This document shows positions 41,256 through 53,100 of a stretch of 64,000 bases of DNA, piece by piece. Under the pieces are notes generated by a model that was given only the letters and a program-made list of their open reading frames with translations, had not been told where the DNA came from and ran no database searches. The stretch comes from Eledone cirrhosa (lineage: Eukaryota), in NCBI GenBank assembly GCA_964016885.1, contig OZ024740.1, positions 367,288,001 through 367,352,000 on the forward strand, given 5' to 3'. The first letter of the stretch is position 1. The number at the start of each line of letters is the position of its first letter. The translations under genes and the position numbers were made by a program.

Positions 41256-42582
41256 CATTAACTTTCCATCTGATGTTCTTCCGCGTACTCAAAACAACAT
41301 AAACGTATGTAACGGGTAATTTTAATAGTTTAATCTGGTGTATCAAAACGATCAGTGTTACGTTGAAAATGAATGTGAACATATTCACAGGGGCTAACTA
41401 CACATTATAAAAAAAGCAGGTAAAATATAGTTAATGTCAGTGAAGAGTGGTCACCTCCTATAAACCACCTTCGTTCAAATGCGCATAATCTATAATATAC
41501 ATATAAGCAGTTTTGTAAAAAGCGAATCTGTTTTAACTTTTTTTACGAACATATTCCTTTATAAAAACTGTAAATATTACTAATACTTTCTTATTATTTT
41601 TTCTTGGGTTATAATTTTTGGAATTGTTCTTTTCTTTATACCAAGCATTTGGGGATTCTGAACTACTAGGAGTATGACCCAAAACATAGAGGGGTGAAAT
41701 TGTCAACATTATTGCTTTGTTCATGGCCTCAAAACAACATTCGCCACTGCATTCCACTTAACTGTAGATATGTATAAGTTCTATGTGAAATCTAAACCTC
41801 TAAATAGTTGAAGTATACATAAGCAAGATTTTTGTGAGCTTAGAGTATTATGCATATTAAACGGAAAAGGAAAGGTTTGACATCCATAAACTAAGGGTAA
41901 AAGACGTGTTTCGTAAGGCTCCAACTGAGAAATTGATTATGGATCTCGCAATAACATCTGCTCTCTCTTTCTGTGTCGTGAACAAAACATAAGACTGGAA
42001 ACCAAACGATTAAAGCTAATTTTAAATTCTCCATTCGAAAAGAATTCTAGCTTGCGAACATTCACATGTAAAAGCGGCACAGTTAAACTTAGCACAACGA
42101 ATAATTGAAACTGAAATTAAGTTAATATTTTCTTTAGAAAAGTTCCCGCAGGCGATAAATAAGAGCAAAGGCAAGAAAGTAGGAAAAACGTAAGAAAGTG
42201 AAGATAATGTATACAAATACACAAACTGTTATGTTTCGAAGAATTTTAATCCTCATTAGCATCACAAATGTCAAGTTTTGTTTATAGTGAGTTTCAAATT
42301 ATGTATGCTTACGCTACTTCTAACCGCTTTATCTAAGATTCTTTTTTCCATCCATCTCTTTTTCTCTCTCACTCTCAGTCTACCGCTCTCTCTATCTTTC
42401 TACACACACACATATATATTCATATATATATATATATAAGGATTAAAATACTGGAGCGTGTTGGAGTTAAACACCCTCTTCGTATTATAGAAATGACAGT
42501 AAAAGGTATAGCTCAATGTAATTAAACAGAGCCGAAGAATTATGAAAATAAAACAAAGAAGCCTTCAATACATCAAAAGTCT

Positions 42583-42634
42583 TTATTAGCCAACAATGTT
42601 TCGTCCTATTAAGGACTCATCAGGGCAATTAAAA
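42583..42634 (-). ncRNA. Type I hammerhead ribozyme in the PLE 3' terminus
   Basis: Minus strand: aattgcc-CTGATGA-gtcct(taat)aggac-GAAAC-ATT-GTT-ggctaat. Confidence 0.85.
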
Positions 42635-44293
42635 CAACAAGAAGTATTATCGGCCAATACAAGCCGAAAACACCGAAGAATATGGAGTGTACATACACTA
42701 AAGTATTGCAAGATTATGGGTAAAAATATATAATAAAAATCACTAAGGAGGTGTATAACATTTAGAACCATATTACAAATATAGTCCAAAGCAAAAAAAA
42801 AACAAAAAAACACAACAAACCTAGAGCGAAAAAAAGGTGGTTATATAGAGCGGGAATTATATATAATACTATATAATATAATATAATATACTTGTAACAA
42901 TATTAAGATAAAAATAAAAAATAAAAGGCACAATATACATATGTATATATGTACGCACACGTACGCACATATACATATACATCAATACACATATCCATCA
43001 TTAACAGCACAAATTAAACCTTATTAAGAGTTTAAACATAAATAAGCAAGATAGGAATAAAAATAATAATAATACGTATATCTAATATACATGAAGTAAT
43101 GAAATGATTAAAAGTAACACATATAATATATAATAAACTATATAATTATATAATATATAATATAATATAATAGATAATCACCGGTTAATTTACACAAACA
43201 ATATAGATGTCACAATAATACTATAATAATAATATAATAATATATATAATATATAATGGCATGTAAGTTAACAAATCAATTCATATAGAGTTACAGAGTA
43301 GGTGAGAAAAAAATATAAATTGTACAATACCCAAAATTATGATGGAACAGAAATATAAACATCTTACATGATATATAAAATTTAACATATCATAATGGTA
43401 CATAAAGTCAACGGTAAGTAATAAGGATCAATAGTACAATAACAACTACAATATAAAATAATGAACATAATATAATATATAATTACTTATAATTACAAGG
43501 TTGGTAAACAGATATATATGTGGATGAGTGAGTAAGGGCCAGGCAGAAAATAGAATGCACAGTAGTATTAATAAATAAATAAATAAATAAATAAAATCAA
43601 CCGGAAATTAAAAAACAAAAACAAAAGTATTTACTTAGGTCTCACATGCAGTTAAGTAAAAACTTAGGAAACAACCCAGGTAAATGACTCGAAAACCCTA
43701 ATTGATAAATTAATATTGAACATATTTAAAATATCCAATAAGGCAATACAATATTAGCTATGGTTTAAGTAATCAAAATTTATAAACATTAATATTTCAC
43801 TACAAATATATATATAAAGGAATGAAATTTTCTACTATCATTTACATAACGATATCTAAAAAACTGACTTAAGCAAAATTATGGTAGGCTAATAGGGACA
43901 GAAAAAAAGAAATGTATGATGATACAAAGGAGCATAAAATCATAATCAATATACTGTATTATATAATAGAAAGGAGCATAAAAGAGGGGGGGGGTTAAAT
44001 AGAATCATAATATATTTGAAGGGGTTGACAATAAGTTTATGTGTGCATGGGGTGTGGGGGGAAATGGGTGGTGGTGGTAAAATAAAATGAAATAAAATAA
44101 TGTAAAATATATAATCAGATATATACTCATAAGGTGTTAATAGTGAAAATTTAATGTGTAAGAAGATAGATATGGTATAGTAGCCAAAAGATTATGAGAG
44201 CTAGAATAAAAAGTTGTCAAAAACCAATGATAATAATGATGATGGTAAACAAAAAGAACCTAAACTAAAAAAATAAGTTATGGAATATATCAG

Positions 44294-45300
44294 CTAATGG
44301 ATATAATTTATACTACTAGAACCTTTAGGTTTATAATAAAAGTAAGAGTTAGAAATAGCGTGGGGGCAAGAAGAGAATATCTCAGACTTTCTATTAAGTA
44401 AGGATTCACTAGAGAAAATTATAGAGTGTGTCTCGAGGATACAGAGATTACAAAATTTAGTATGTGTAGAAAGGTTATTAGAGCGTGCTACTAAACGCCA
44501 ATTAAGGCTATATGGTATATTAGCCCCCTTAAGATCCCAGATATAGTGTGCTAAAGAAGTAGAATTCTTAAACTTAACATGTTTGAAATTAGAGATATGA
44601 GAATTAAACCTAGTCTTAAAAGTGTTAGATGTAGAGCCTATAGAAGTTCTATTAGAGGAATTAGTTATAACTACGCAAGCATAGACGATGTTCTTTGAGA
44701 GGCAGTTACCGTTTAAAGGGCAGTCAGCACTCACTCTACAGTTACACTTCCGGGTGCTATTGGTTGGCTGAAGTAGTGATGTATTACACGTAGGATTACT
44801 ATTAGATAAGGTCTGCTCTGGTGGTAAGGCATTTACAGATCTGTTCAGACTAGTAGTATGTAGAGAGGAGTATCCATCCCTAATTTTCCTATTGTTAGTG
44901 CTAGCTAAATGAGAACTAATATTAGGGGTGGTAGAGAATGAAAGTTTAATAACATTTTTATTAAAAATACTATGGTATTTATGAGAAGGGGGGAAATTTT
45001 TCTCTAAGATAGAAAAGAAAGACCTAGGGATATTAGTTAATACTTCCTGATTATATGGCGGGTTAAAATAAGTATTTAGTCTCCTTCTATTTTTATCCTT
45101 ACTGACTCTACCATTATCTAATATCCCATTATTAAGACCAGGGTTATTACAAGGATTAGTTAAAACCGCATTATTAGAATCAGCCAAAATTCCATTAAGT
45201 CTCTTACTGTTTCTACCTCTAGTAGATCTGCTGCCGTCTGGAATCCCATCAAAATGATTAGGGCCAATAATAGGATCAGTAGAAACAACATTATTAGAAT
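44294..45300 (-). pseudogene. PLE linker + GIY-YIG endonuclease; RT lost by 5' truncation
   Basis: YFNPP..IKLSFSTTPN..CNCR..CPLNGNCLSKNIVY..IGSTSNTFKTRFNSH..FCNLCILE..LLNRKSE, a paralog of the 3510-5813 C-terminus. Confidence 0.9.
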
Positions 45301-45483
45301 TAGATCTTTTTTTTTTTTTTTTTTTTGCTTTGGACTATATTTGCAATATGGTTCTAAATGTTATAACCTCCTTAGTGATTTTTATTATATATTTTTACCC
45401 ATAATCTTGTAATACTTTAGTGTATGTACACTCCATATTCTTCGGAGTTTTCGGCTTGTATTGGCCGATAATGCTTCTTGTTG

Positions 45484-45535
45484 TTTTAATTGCCCTGATG
45501 AGTCCTTAATAGGACGAAACATTGTTGGTTAATAA
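45484..45535 (+). ncRNA. Type I hammerhead ribozyme (inverted pseudo-LTR copy)
   Basis: CTGATGA(45495)-gtcct(taat)aggac-GAAAC-ATT-GTT-ggttaat. Confidence 0.83.
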
Positions 45536-45574
45536 AGACTTTTGATGTATTGAAGGCTTCTTTGTTTTATTTTC

Positions 45575-45644
<70 letters not shown>

Positions 45645-45645
<1 letters not shown>

Positions 45646-45790
45646 CGAGGGAAAAGTGGTAAGGAACCAGGTGGACCATAACGCACCAAAGTACTCAATA
45701 CTTAGGGTAGTAGAGTGGGTAATAGGAGTAAGTAAGACCCCGACGGCTGAGCTCAAGCCGTTTCGACGGCTAATTCTGTACTGAATTCTG
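45645..45790 (-). repeat. Half-HHR repeat (family of 7451 and 27693)
   Basis: Minus strand: agccgtc-GAAAC-ggct tgagctc agcc-GTC-gggg followed by the shared tail. Confidence 0.72.
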
Positions 45791-45799
45791 TACTAATTC

Positions 45800-47858
45800 T
45801 GGAAACTTTTGGAGATAGTCCCCAGTGCGCCTATGACAATCGGGATCACTTTGACTTCATGGCAGTTCCAAATCCTTTTCACCTCCCCTTTAGGTCCTGG
45901 TATCGGTTAATTTTCTCCCTCTCCTTCTCTTGCACTCTCGTGTCGAACGGGCAGGCCACATCCACAATCAGACACGATCTTTTTTCTTTGTCCACAACCA
46001 CCAGGTCAGGTCTATTGTGTTCCAGTTTTTTGTCCATCTGTATCCTAAAATCCCACAGCACCTTCACCTGATTGTTTTCCATCACCGCCTCTGGCCTATG
46101 CTCATACCATTTCTCAGAATGTGGTAAATTGTTTACTTTGCACAGGTGCCAGTGGATCACCCTGCCCATCACATCGTGTCTCCAGCCCTTATAGTGGGTC
46201 TGGGCTAGGTGTTTACACTCGGACACAATGTGAGCCACATTCTCCTCTCTCTCTCCACAGATCCTGCACAGTGGGCTAGCCTCCTCCTTGTAGATATGGT
46301 GCTTCAACCACTTCGTTTTGAGGGCCTGCTCCTGCGCAGCCATTAGCATTCCTCCTGTAGCCTTTTTGAGGTCTCCTCTTCTCAACCAGTTCCATGTCTG
46401 TGGATCTCTAAATTCAGTTTTCTCAAAGAAGGTACTATGAAGGGATTTTCCCTTAAGGCTGCTCTTCCTCCTTGATGTTATTTCCTCCTTGGACATCCCC
46501 TGGCCTACTGTCCCCTCCTTCAGTACAGTTCTGAGCAATGGCTCCTTACTATAGGTCACGTATTTGTATAGGTTGTTTTTCTCCATCCGAACACAGTCCT
46601 CTATGCTGATAAGACCTCTTCCACCCTCAGATCTCCTTAGGTAGAGTCTATCGACATCACTCCTCTTGTGGAACATGTTTTAGATAGTCAATAGCTTCCT
46701 AGTCTTCCTATCCATTTCTTTTTGTTCAGCAACATTCCATCTCAGAATTCCCGCACTGTACCTAATAATAGACACAGCTCGGGCATTTACTGCGCTTATG
46801 GCATTTCTGCTGTTCAGATGTGACTTCAATACGCTCCTTACTCTTCGAATGTATTCAGTTCTTAACAATTCCTTCATTTTTTTGTTCTTTATGCCATCAG
46901 CCTCCAGAACGCCCAAATACTTGTATCCTTCCTCAGAGTCAATTTCCTTTATCATCTCACCTGTTGGTATCTGGATCCCGTTACTTCTGCTCAACCTACC
47001 CCTCTTCATCACAATGACTCCACATTTACCAATACCAAACTGCATACATATATCACTGCTGAAAATACGGACAGTGTCAACAAGCACATCCAACTCCTTC
47101 TCACTTTTCCCGAAGAGCTTAAGATCGTCCATGAAGAGGAGGTGATTGATGGTAAGCTCTCCCCTTCCCAACTTGTATCCTGCTCTCACTTTTCGCAGCA
47201 TAATGGTCAAGGGCATCAGGGCAAGGACAAACAACAGAGGGGACAGGCTATCTCCCTGGAAGATATCTCTCTTGATCTTCACGCTTCCCAAGGATATTCC
47301 AGTTGATGTCAACTCTGTCTCCCAGGACCCCATACTCCTGCCTAGCAACTGTCTGATGTTATCTGCCACCCTGAAGATCTCCAGGCTTTTGGTGATCCAA
47401 GAATGAGGCACCATGTCAAATGCCTTTTTGTAGTCTATCCATCCCATGGCAAGACCAGTGTGTCTCCTCCTGCAATTCCCCATTACCATCTTATCAATAA
47501 GTAACTGGTCCTTTGTACCACGTGACTTCTTTCGGCATCCTTTCTGTTCGTCCGGTAACAAGTTGTTTGTGTGGAGGTGATGGTAGATTTCCTCAGACAC
47601 AATGCTCGTCAACAGTTTCCACATTACGGACAGACATGTGATAGGTCTATAGTTGGTAACATCATTACCCTTGATTCGGTCTTTCATTATCAGAACTGTG
47701 GTACCTTTTGTCAACCACTCTGGCACCTCACCCGACACCAAGCAGTCATTGAACATGGCCGTCAGCTTCGGGTGGAGGGATGTTAAATGTTTAATCCAAT
47801 ACCCTGCACACCATCTGGGCCTGGTGATTTCCAGTTGGTTAGTTTTTTGGCCTGCCCC
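45800..47858 (-). mobile_element. R4/Dong-type non-LTR retrotransposon copy 1 (RT + CCHC + restriction-like endonuclease), truncated at both ends, one nonsense codon
   Basis: NWKSPGPDG, YRPITCL, IDYKKAFDMV, IFQGDSLSP, HLLFMDD, YKYLG. In-frame stop at 46680-46682, then CRIC..H..C and RPDLVVVD..IVDVACP.D..E.EK..Y (RLE). Its 5' end abuts (TAA)n. Confidence 0.9.
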
Positions 47859-47893
<35 letters not shown>

Positions 47894-47929
47894 GGCCTGC
47901 CCCTTATTATTATTATTATTATTATTATT
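47859..47929. repeat. (TTA)n tract with a duplicated ggcctgcccc
   Basis: ggcctgcccc at 47849-47858 and 47894-47903, each followed by (TTA)n. Confidence 0.9.
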
Positions 47930-49832
47930 TGCATTTATCTTGCTTTATGTTTATACGAGTTATCACCAAGTCACAACCAGTGACCTCAAGAGACAACAAG
48001 GTCCGCCATGTTCAAGAAAGAACACACATATTCACACATGCATCCTTAGTGTTTAGACTTGTGATGTACTTATATTGACAGGATCTTCCTTAGTATATGG
48101 GCAGTTCCCATTAGTACTATCTTTTGTATTTCTCCTATACGCGGGTTTCCTGGGATTTGCGATAAGTAGTCGTTAGACCCCTTAGGTATCATTCCCAGAG
48201 CGCCTACAACCACTGGTATTGTTTTAGTTCTCAATTTCCACATTTTTCCAATTTCTATCTCCAGGTCCTTATACTTGCTCAATTTTTCAAATGTTTTTAT
48301 AGATACATTCTTGTCTATTGGAACAGACATATCAATTAGCAGGCATACCCTCCTTTGAAAGTCCTTCAATATTATATCAGGTCTATTTGCATCTATTTTT
48401 CGGTCTGTTTGGATGCTAAAGTTCCACAAGATTGAGATGTGATCTTTTTCAAGTATGGGAGGTGGTTGATGCTCCCACCAATTCTTTTGATGGGGCAGGT
48501 CAAAATGCTTGCACATTATCCAATGTATGTATTGTGCAGCTCTGTCATGCCTGTTTAGGTATTCGGTTGGAGCTATAGGACTGCACATTGAAATTATATG
48601 GTCAATGGTCTCTGGTTGTTTTTTGCATACACGGCATAATGGGCTGCACCCATTTTTTATTATGTTGGCTTGGTAATTTTTTGTTGGCAGACACTGATCT
48701 TGTGCGGATATAATCAGTCCTTCAGTCTCCGATTTCAGTCCAGAGGATGCCAACCACTGATGGGTTAAAGTTTTGTCAACATCAGGATTGTTAGCTCGCT
48801 CTGGGTATTTTCCATAGAGAGGCTTTTCTTGCCATTTCTTAGCCAGTTTCTGTAGCAGTTCTTTCTTTGCAGTTACTTTTACCTGCTTTGCTTTTTCTGT
48901 GTTTTCCATTTCAGCAGTAAATGGGACTTCTGAAATTTGTAGTCCATTACTGTATCTTTGTGCATCTTTTGTAATGGAATATGATCTTTTGGTGCTTTCG
49001 TGTTTCAAAACGAGTTTGATCATCCAATCATGTGATTCCCTTAGATATGTGGATAATCCAATTGTTGCAGTTTTCAACGCAATGTCTAACTGGATTAACC
49101 CACGTCCTCCTTCTTTCCTAGGGAGATATATTCTATCTATGTCTGCCTTAGGGTGATGCATTCTGTGCATGGTTAAGAATTTTCGGATTTTTGTATCGAG
49201 CCTACGGATCTCTGTGCTTGACCAGTTGATGACATTGTAACTGTAGGTTACTACTGGTATGGCAAGCGTGTTTATGGCATCGATCCTATTCCTTGCATTC
49301 AATTCCGTTCTTAAGATTGCTCTGACTCTGCGGTAACATTCCTTCCTTATCCTTTCCCTCATTGTCGAGTGCTTGATTCCGTCTCCTTCACAAACACCTA
49401 GATATTTGTAAGTTTGTTCTTGATCAAGCTCTCTTATCACGTTCCCCCGATCAAGATTAATGTCTGAACTCTTCAGCAGCTTTCCTCTGGTGAACGTTGC
49501 TTTGGCGCATTTATCCAGTCCAAACTCCATTTTAATGTCATCACTGAACTGCTTCACAGTGGATAATAGCCCTTGCAATTGTTCATCATTTTTTGCAAAT
49601 AGTTTCAGGTCATCCATGTAGAACAGGTGATTAATGGTTTTGTCATAGACTCTATATCCATGTTTTGTTTCATTGAGCATTTTACTTAATGGTATAAGTG
49701 CGATGCAGAATAAAAGCGGTGATAAAGAGTCACCCTGAAAAATTCCACAATTAATGTTAACTTCTCCAGCTTCCAGTGATTTTGTTTCACTATTCAAAAG
49801 GAGTGTCGTTCTCCATGTCCTCATACTGAATG
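47930..49832 (-). mobile_element. R4/Dong-type non-LTR retrotransposon copy 2, 5'-truncated, with (TAA)n at both ends
   Basis: Open 584-aa frame, ~140-bp 3' UTR, TAA repeats at 47904-47929 and 49833-49872. Confidence 0.92.
48070..49824 (-). CDS. RT C-terminal half + CCHC zinc knuckle + PD-(D/E)xK restriction-like endonuclease (truncated but open ORF)
   Basis: GIFQGDSLSP, HLFYMDD, YKYLG, CRVC..ETIDHIISMC..RHD, NRPDII..LIDMSVP.D...EKLSKYKDL, PVVVGALG. Confidence 0.9.
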   Translation of the reverse strand: MRTWRTTLLLNSETKSLEAGEVNINCGIFQGDSLSPLLFCIALIPLSKMLNETKHGYRVYDKTINHLFYMDDLKLFAKNDEQLQGLLSTVKQFSDDIKMEFGLDKCAKATFTRGKLLKSSDINLDRGNVIRELDQEQTYKYLGVCEGDGIKHSTMRERIRKECYRRVRAILRTELNARNRIDAINTLAIPVVTYSYNVINWSSTEIRRLDTKIRKFLTMHRMHHPKADIDRIYLPRKEGGRGLIQLDIALKTATIGLSTYLRESHDWMIKLVLKHESTKRSYSITKDAQRYSNGLQISEVPFTAEMENTEKAKQVKVTAKKELLQKLAKKWQEKPLYGKYPERANNPDVDKTLTHQWLASSGLKSETEGLIISAQDQCLPTKNYQANIIKNGCSPLCRVCKKQPETIDHIISMCSPIAPTEYLNRHDRAAQYIHWIMCKHFDLPHQKNWWEHQPPPILEKDHISILWNFSIQTDRKIDANRPDIILKDFQRRVCLLIDMSVPIDKNVSIKTFEKLSKYKDLEIEIGKMWKLRTKTIPVVVGALGMIPKGSNDYLSQIPGNPRIGEIQKIVLMGTAHILRKILSI

Positions 49833-49904
49833 ATTATTATTATTATTATTATTATTATTAATATTATTATTATAAATTAATGCAAAGGATGAAAGATGCG
49901 TTGT

Positions 49905-50065
49905 CTTTTGTTGACAGACACTGAAGTTGTGCTGATATAATCAGTCCTCCAGTCTCCGATTTCTGTCCAGAGGATGCCAACCGCTGATGGGTTAACGTTT
50001 TATCAACAGCAGGATTGTTAGCTCTTTCTGGGTATTTTTCATACAGAGGCTTTCTTTGCCATTTC
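49905..50065 (-). mobile_element. Short fragment of the same Dong-like family
   Basis: Diverged copy of ~48690-48840 (gatataatcagtcc..ccagaggatgccaacc..ctgggtattt). Confidence 0.8.
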
Positions 50066-50173
50066 TACCTTCTTTTCTTAAACGGCCAAAACCCACTTTG
50101 TATCGTCCTGTACCGTTCTGTGCCGTCTGTAATGTTTTTCTCCTTGTTAGCGGTTGTGGCCAATAAAGAAACC
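50066..50173 (+). mobile_element. 3' tip of a Tx1-like LINE followed by (ATT)n
   Basis: tttgtatcgtcctgtac..gtggccaataaagaaacc(ATT)n matches the 3' ends at ~56170-56234 and ~61110-61193. Confidence 0.7.
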
Positions 50174-50190
50174 ATTATTATTATTATTAT

Positions 50191-53100
50191 AGGTCTGTTC
50201 GGACGTTGTTTTGGCTCGCTCCCAGTAAGTCGCTTTATTTGCCTGTTAAAATTATTTGTTGTTAAATATTTCTTGTTGTGTAAGGGATATACGCCCTCAG
50301 ACTTGCCCTGTTAAGGGGAAAGTATAATATTCGGGCCTTTTGGCCCAAATATTTGAACTTTATTTACATGTTAAAAAATTTACGGAGAAAAAAACATGGC
50401 TGAGCCACGTACCCCAGCGATATGTCTGCTGTCGTGCGACAACGAGGTGGATGTTGAGAGGAGCGCTACAGCGAAATTAACACACATTGATAACACAAAC
50501 ACCACCACAAACAAGGTAAACAAAGACACCAATGATACCAATGAGATCTCTAATTTTGAAAAAAATGACAGTAACAGCGACAACGAAAATACAGATAAAA
50601 AAAAAGAAAATAACAAATGCAACAACAATATCAACACAACTGACATGAAAACAAATAGCGACAATACCAACAGCAACAATACCAACTGAACCGAGAACAA
50701 CATCAACGGTGGTACCAAAGATATAACCAACTGCAACAGTATTAACAGCAACAACACTAACAAGAACAACGACAACAACAACAACACCACCAACGACAAC
50801 AAGAAGAACACTTTTGCTGCGGTAGCAGCCAAAATGACGCCATGCTTCAGCATGGACCTCTCAAACAAAGATGAAAAGTTGGCAACAAAGACAACAATGA
50901 CAACAGCGACAGTGCTAACAACAACACCAACAAGGACAAGGACAAGGACAACAACACCCCCAACGAAAACAAGAACACTTTCGCTGCGCAGCAGCAAAAA
51001 AGAAGCCATGCTTCAACATGGACCTCTCAAACAAAGATGAAATGTTGGCCCAGGCATGGAAGCTCATCAAGCAAGAGCAAACCTTGGCCAACTTAACTGT
51101 CCCGGTAGAAGCTATTGAGGCAGTAGAGCGCAGAACGGTGCATTATAAATGCATCTCAGCACAAACCAAAAAGGCAGCTTTAATCCCACAAGAAGATGTC
51201 GAAGTCTCGCTGAGGTGCATCAGAGAAGACACCGAATACATAGAGAGGGGCAGACAGTACGGCACCATTTCGGTGTTTTTCAAGTCAGAAACCCTCGCTA
51301 TGAAACACGCTATGACATGACTCCTTGCAAAACCAGCAAGGTCATAATGTACCCCTCCCACATAGGAAAAAGAACGGCTCGTCCGCATTCCCAGAATCCC
51401 ATCAGTACTTGACATGTGGTGGCTTCTAGGATGTGTGATTGTGGAGGGGATGGATAACGTCCCTATATAAGTGACCAGAACGGCCAGAGAGGACTGGTCC
51501 GGGGTTGACCTGGAGATCCTTCTCCAGATCAGGCCCGAGAATGTGAAGACAATCCCGGACCACATCCGCCTTCAGAATGGGACGGTGATTCACATTATGA
51601 CCGAAGGCAAAAGGCCGCAGTGTTTTGTTTGTGGGGAAAAAACCCATTTGCGAGCCTTCTGCCCTCAGCTGCTAAAAGAGGCAAGGGGTCGAAAGGCTCC
51701 ACTGCTGTCGATGCCGGGGCGAGGACCACAACCAAGACCAGCACCGGCAAAACCACCAACAACAGCACCAATAGAAAGACCACCACTAACATTGACCACC
51801 CAGGGAGGAAAGGAGGAAAGCTGTCAAATCCCCCCCCCCCCCCAAAAAAAAAATACACACACCAATAAAACCATAACCATACATACAGACACACTTACAG
51901 ACACAGACCCCTCATCTACCAGTTGTGAAGATAAGGGAAAACCAAAATCCCCCAAAATACAAAAAAGGAAACACAGAAAGAAAAAAAAACTCAACAAAGC
52001 ACAAAATCATCCACAATAAAAAACGCAGACACCACCCAGACAAACATCTCTCCAATAACACCAACATCAACACCACCATCACCATCACCAGAATCCCCCA
52101 ACGCAAACAACCTAAACAGACGCAAGAACAAATATACACACAAACATCTGAAACCACAGACACCGCACTCACAACAAACACAGATACAACCGAAACAACA
52201 CCACTAAAACCATCACCACCACAGCCACGCAAACAAATAAAATCACACCAACAAAACATACAAAACTTCGTACTCGTCAGGAGGGCCAACAAGGAACTGA
52301 TGGCCCTCGTAGCACGAAGTGAAAATATACAAAAAGAGGGGGAAATGTTTAAATCGAGCACATTTCGCGTGCCGGAAGATTTGGTTCTGGTGCGAATGTC
52401 GATCGATATATTCAAAGAAATACGAGACAGCTTTCCGTGGGACGTGGGAACCCCGAACCTAAAATCCACTTCAAGACTTTTAAAGGGGTTCCCAAAAGAA
52501 ACCCCACCAACTATGGAGGTCGAACAACCCGACCTTCACAAGAGCTCGGAAGGTAAGTAAACCTTCCTCTCTCTCTTTTTAACATGCCAACTGGCCGTAT
52601 TAAGAGTAGGATGTTTAAATGTTCGAGTCCTGGGATCGTCCTGGAAGGAAGGTCACCTACTCAAAGACATCAGGTCTATAGAAATGGATGCAATTGCCGT
52701 CAGCGAGACCGGGATTTCCGACACGCACGCACTAGCCTCCATTTTCGACGACTATCAGATCTTTACATCTGTTAGCCGGTGGGGAATGGGAGGCGGAGTG
52801 GCAGTGTTGTTTAGGAAAGGACTGGATCTCGAGGTAAGGTCGATCTTCCGGGACCCGGACGGGAAGTTGGTGGTCCTGGACGTGAACAATAACGAAGGTG
52901 GTGCCTTTAGACTGGTGGCCATCTATGCTCCTACTGGGGCAGGACGGCCGGACTTCTTTAGACGCCTGGAAGCCTTTCTGTGTACGTCTCGCCCTTTACT
53001 GTTAGCGGGGGACTGGAACCGCATCTTAGACGTACGCTGGGACTGTGTGGGAGTATCCGATAGGAGAGGGGGTGCAAAAGCCTCAAGAACCTGATCAGCC

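Larger units (their letters stand above)
42440..45580 (-). mobile_element. 5'-truncated Penelope-like element (Hydra-type) with an inverted pseudo-LTR
   Basis: GIY-YIG ORF on the minus strand and a ~1.7-kb 3' region. 45307-45580 is an inverted copy of ~42540-42810. HHR in both copies, (TA)n flanks. Confidence 0.88.

Noticed and set aside
46677-46682. In-frame stop between the two Dong ORF pieces as programmed readthrough
   Set aside because: It is TAA, the homologous position in copy 2 is a sense codon, and the element is otherwise damaged. A simple nonsense mutation explains it.
50380-51009. Hydrophobic 209-aa minus-strand ORF, and similar ones at 51912-52469 and 57506-57817
   Set aside because: Antisense shadow of the AAC/ACA-rich LINE ORF1
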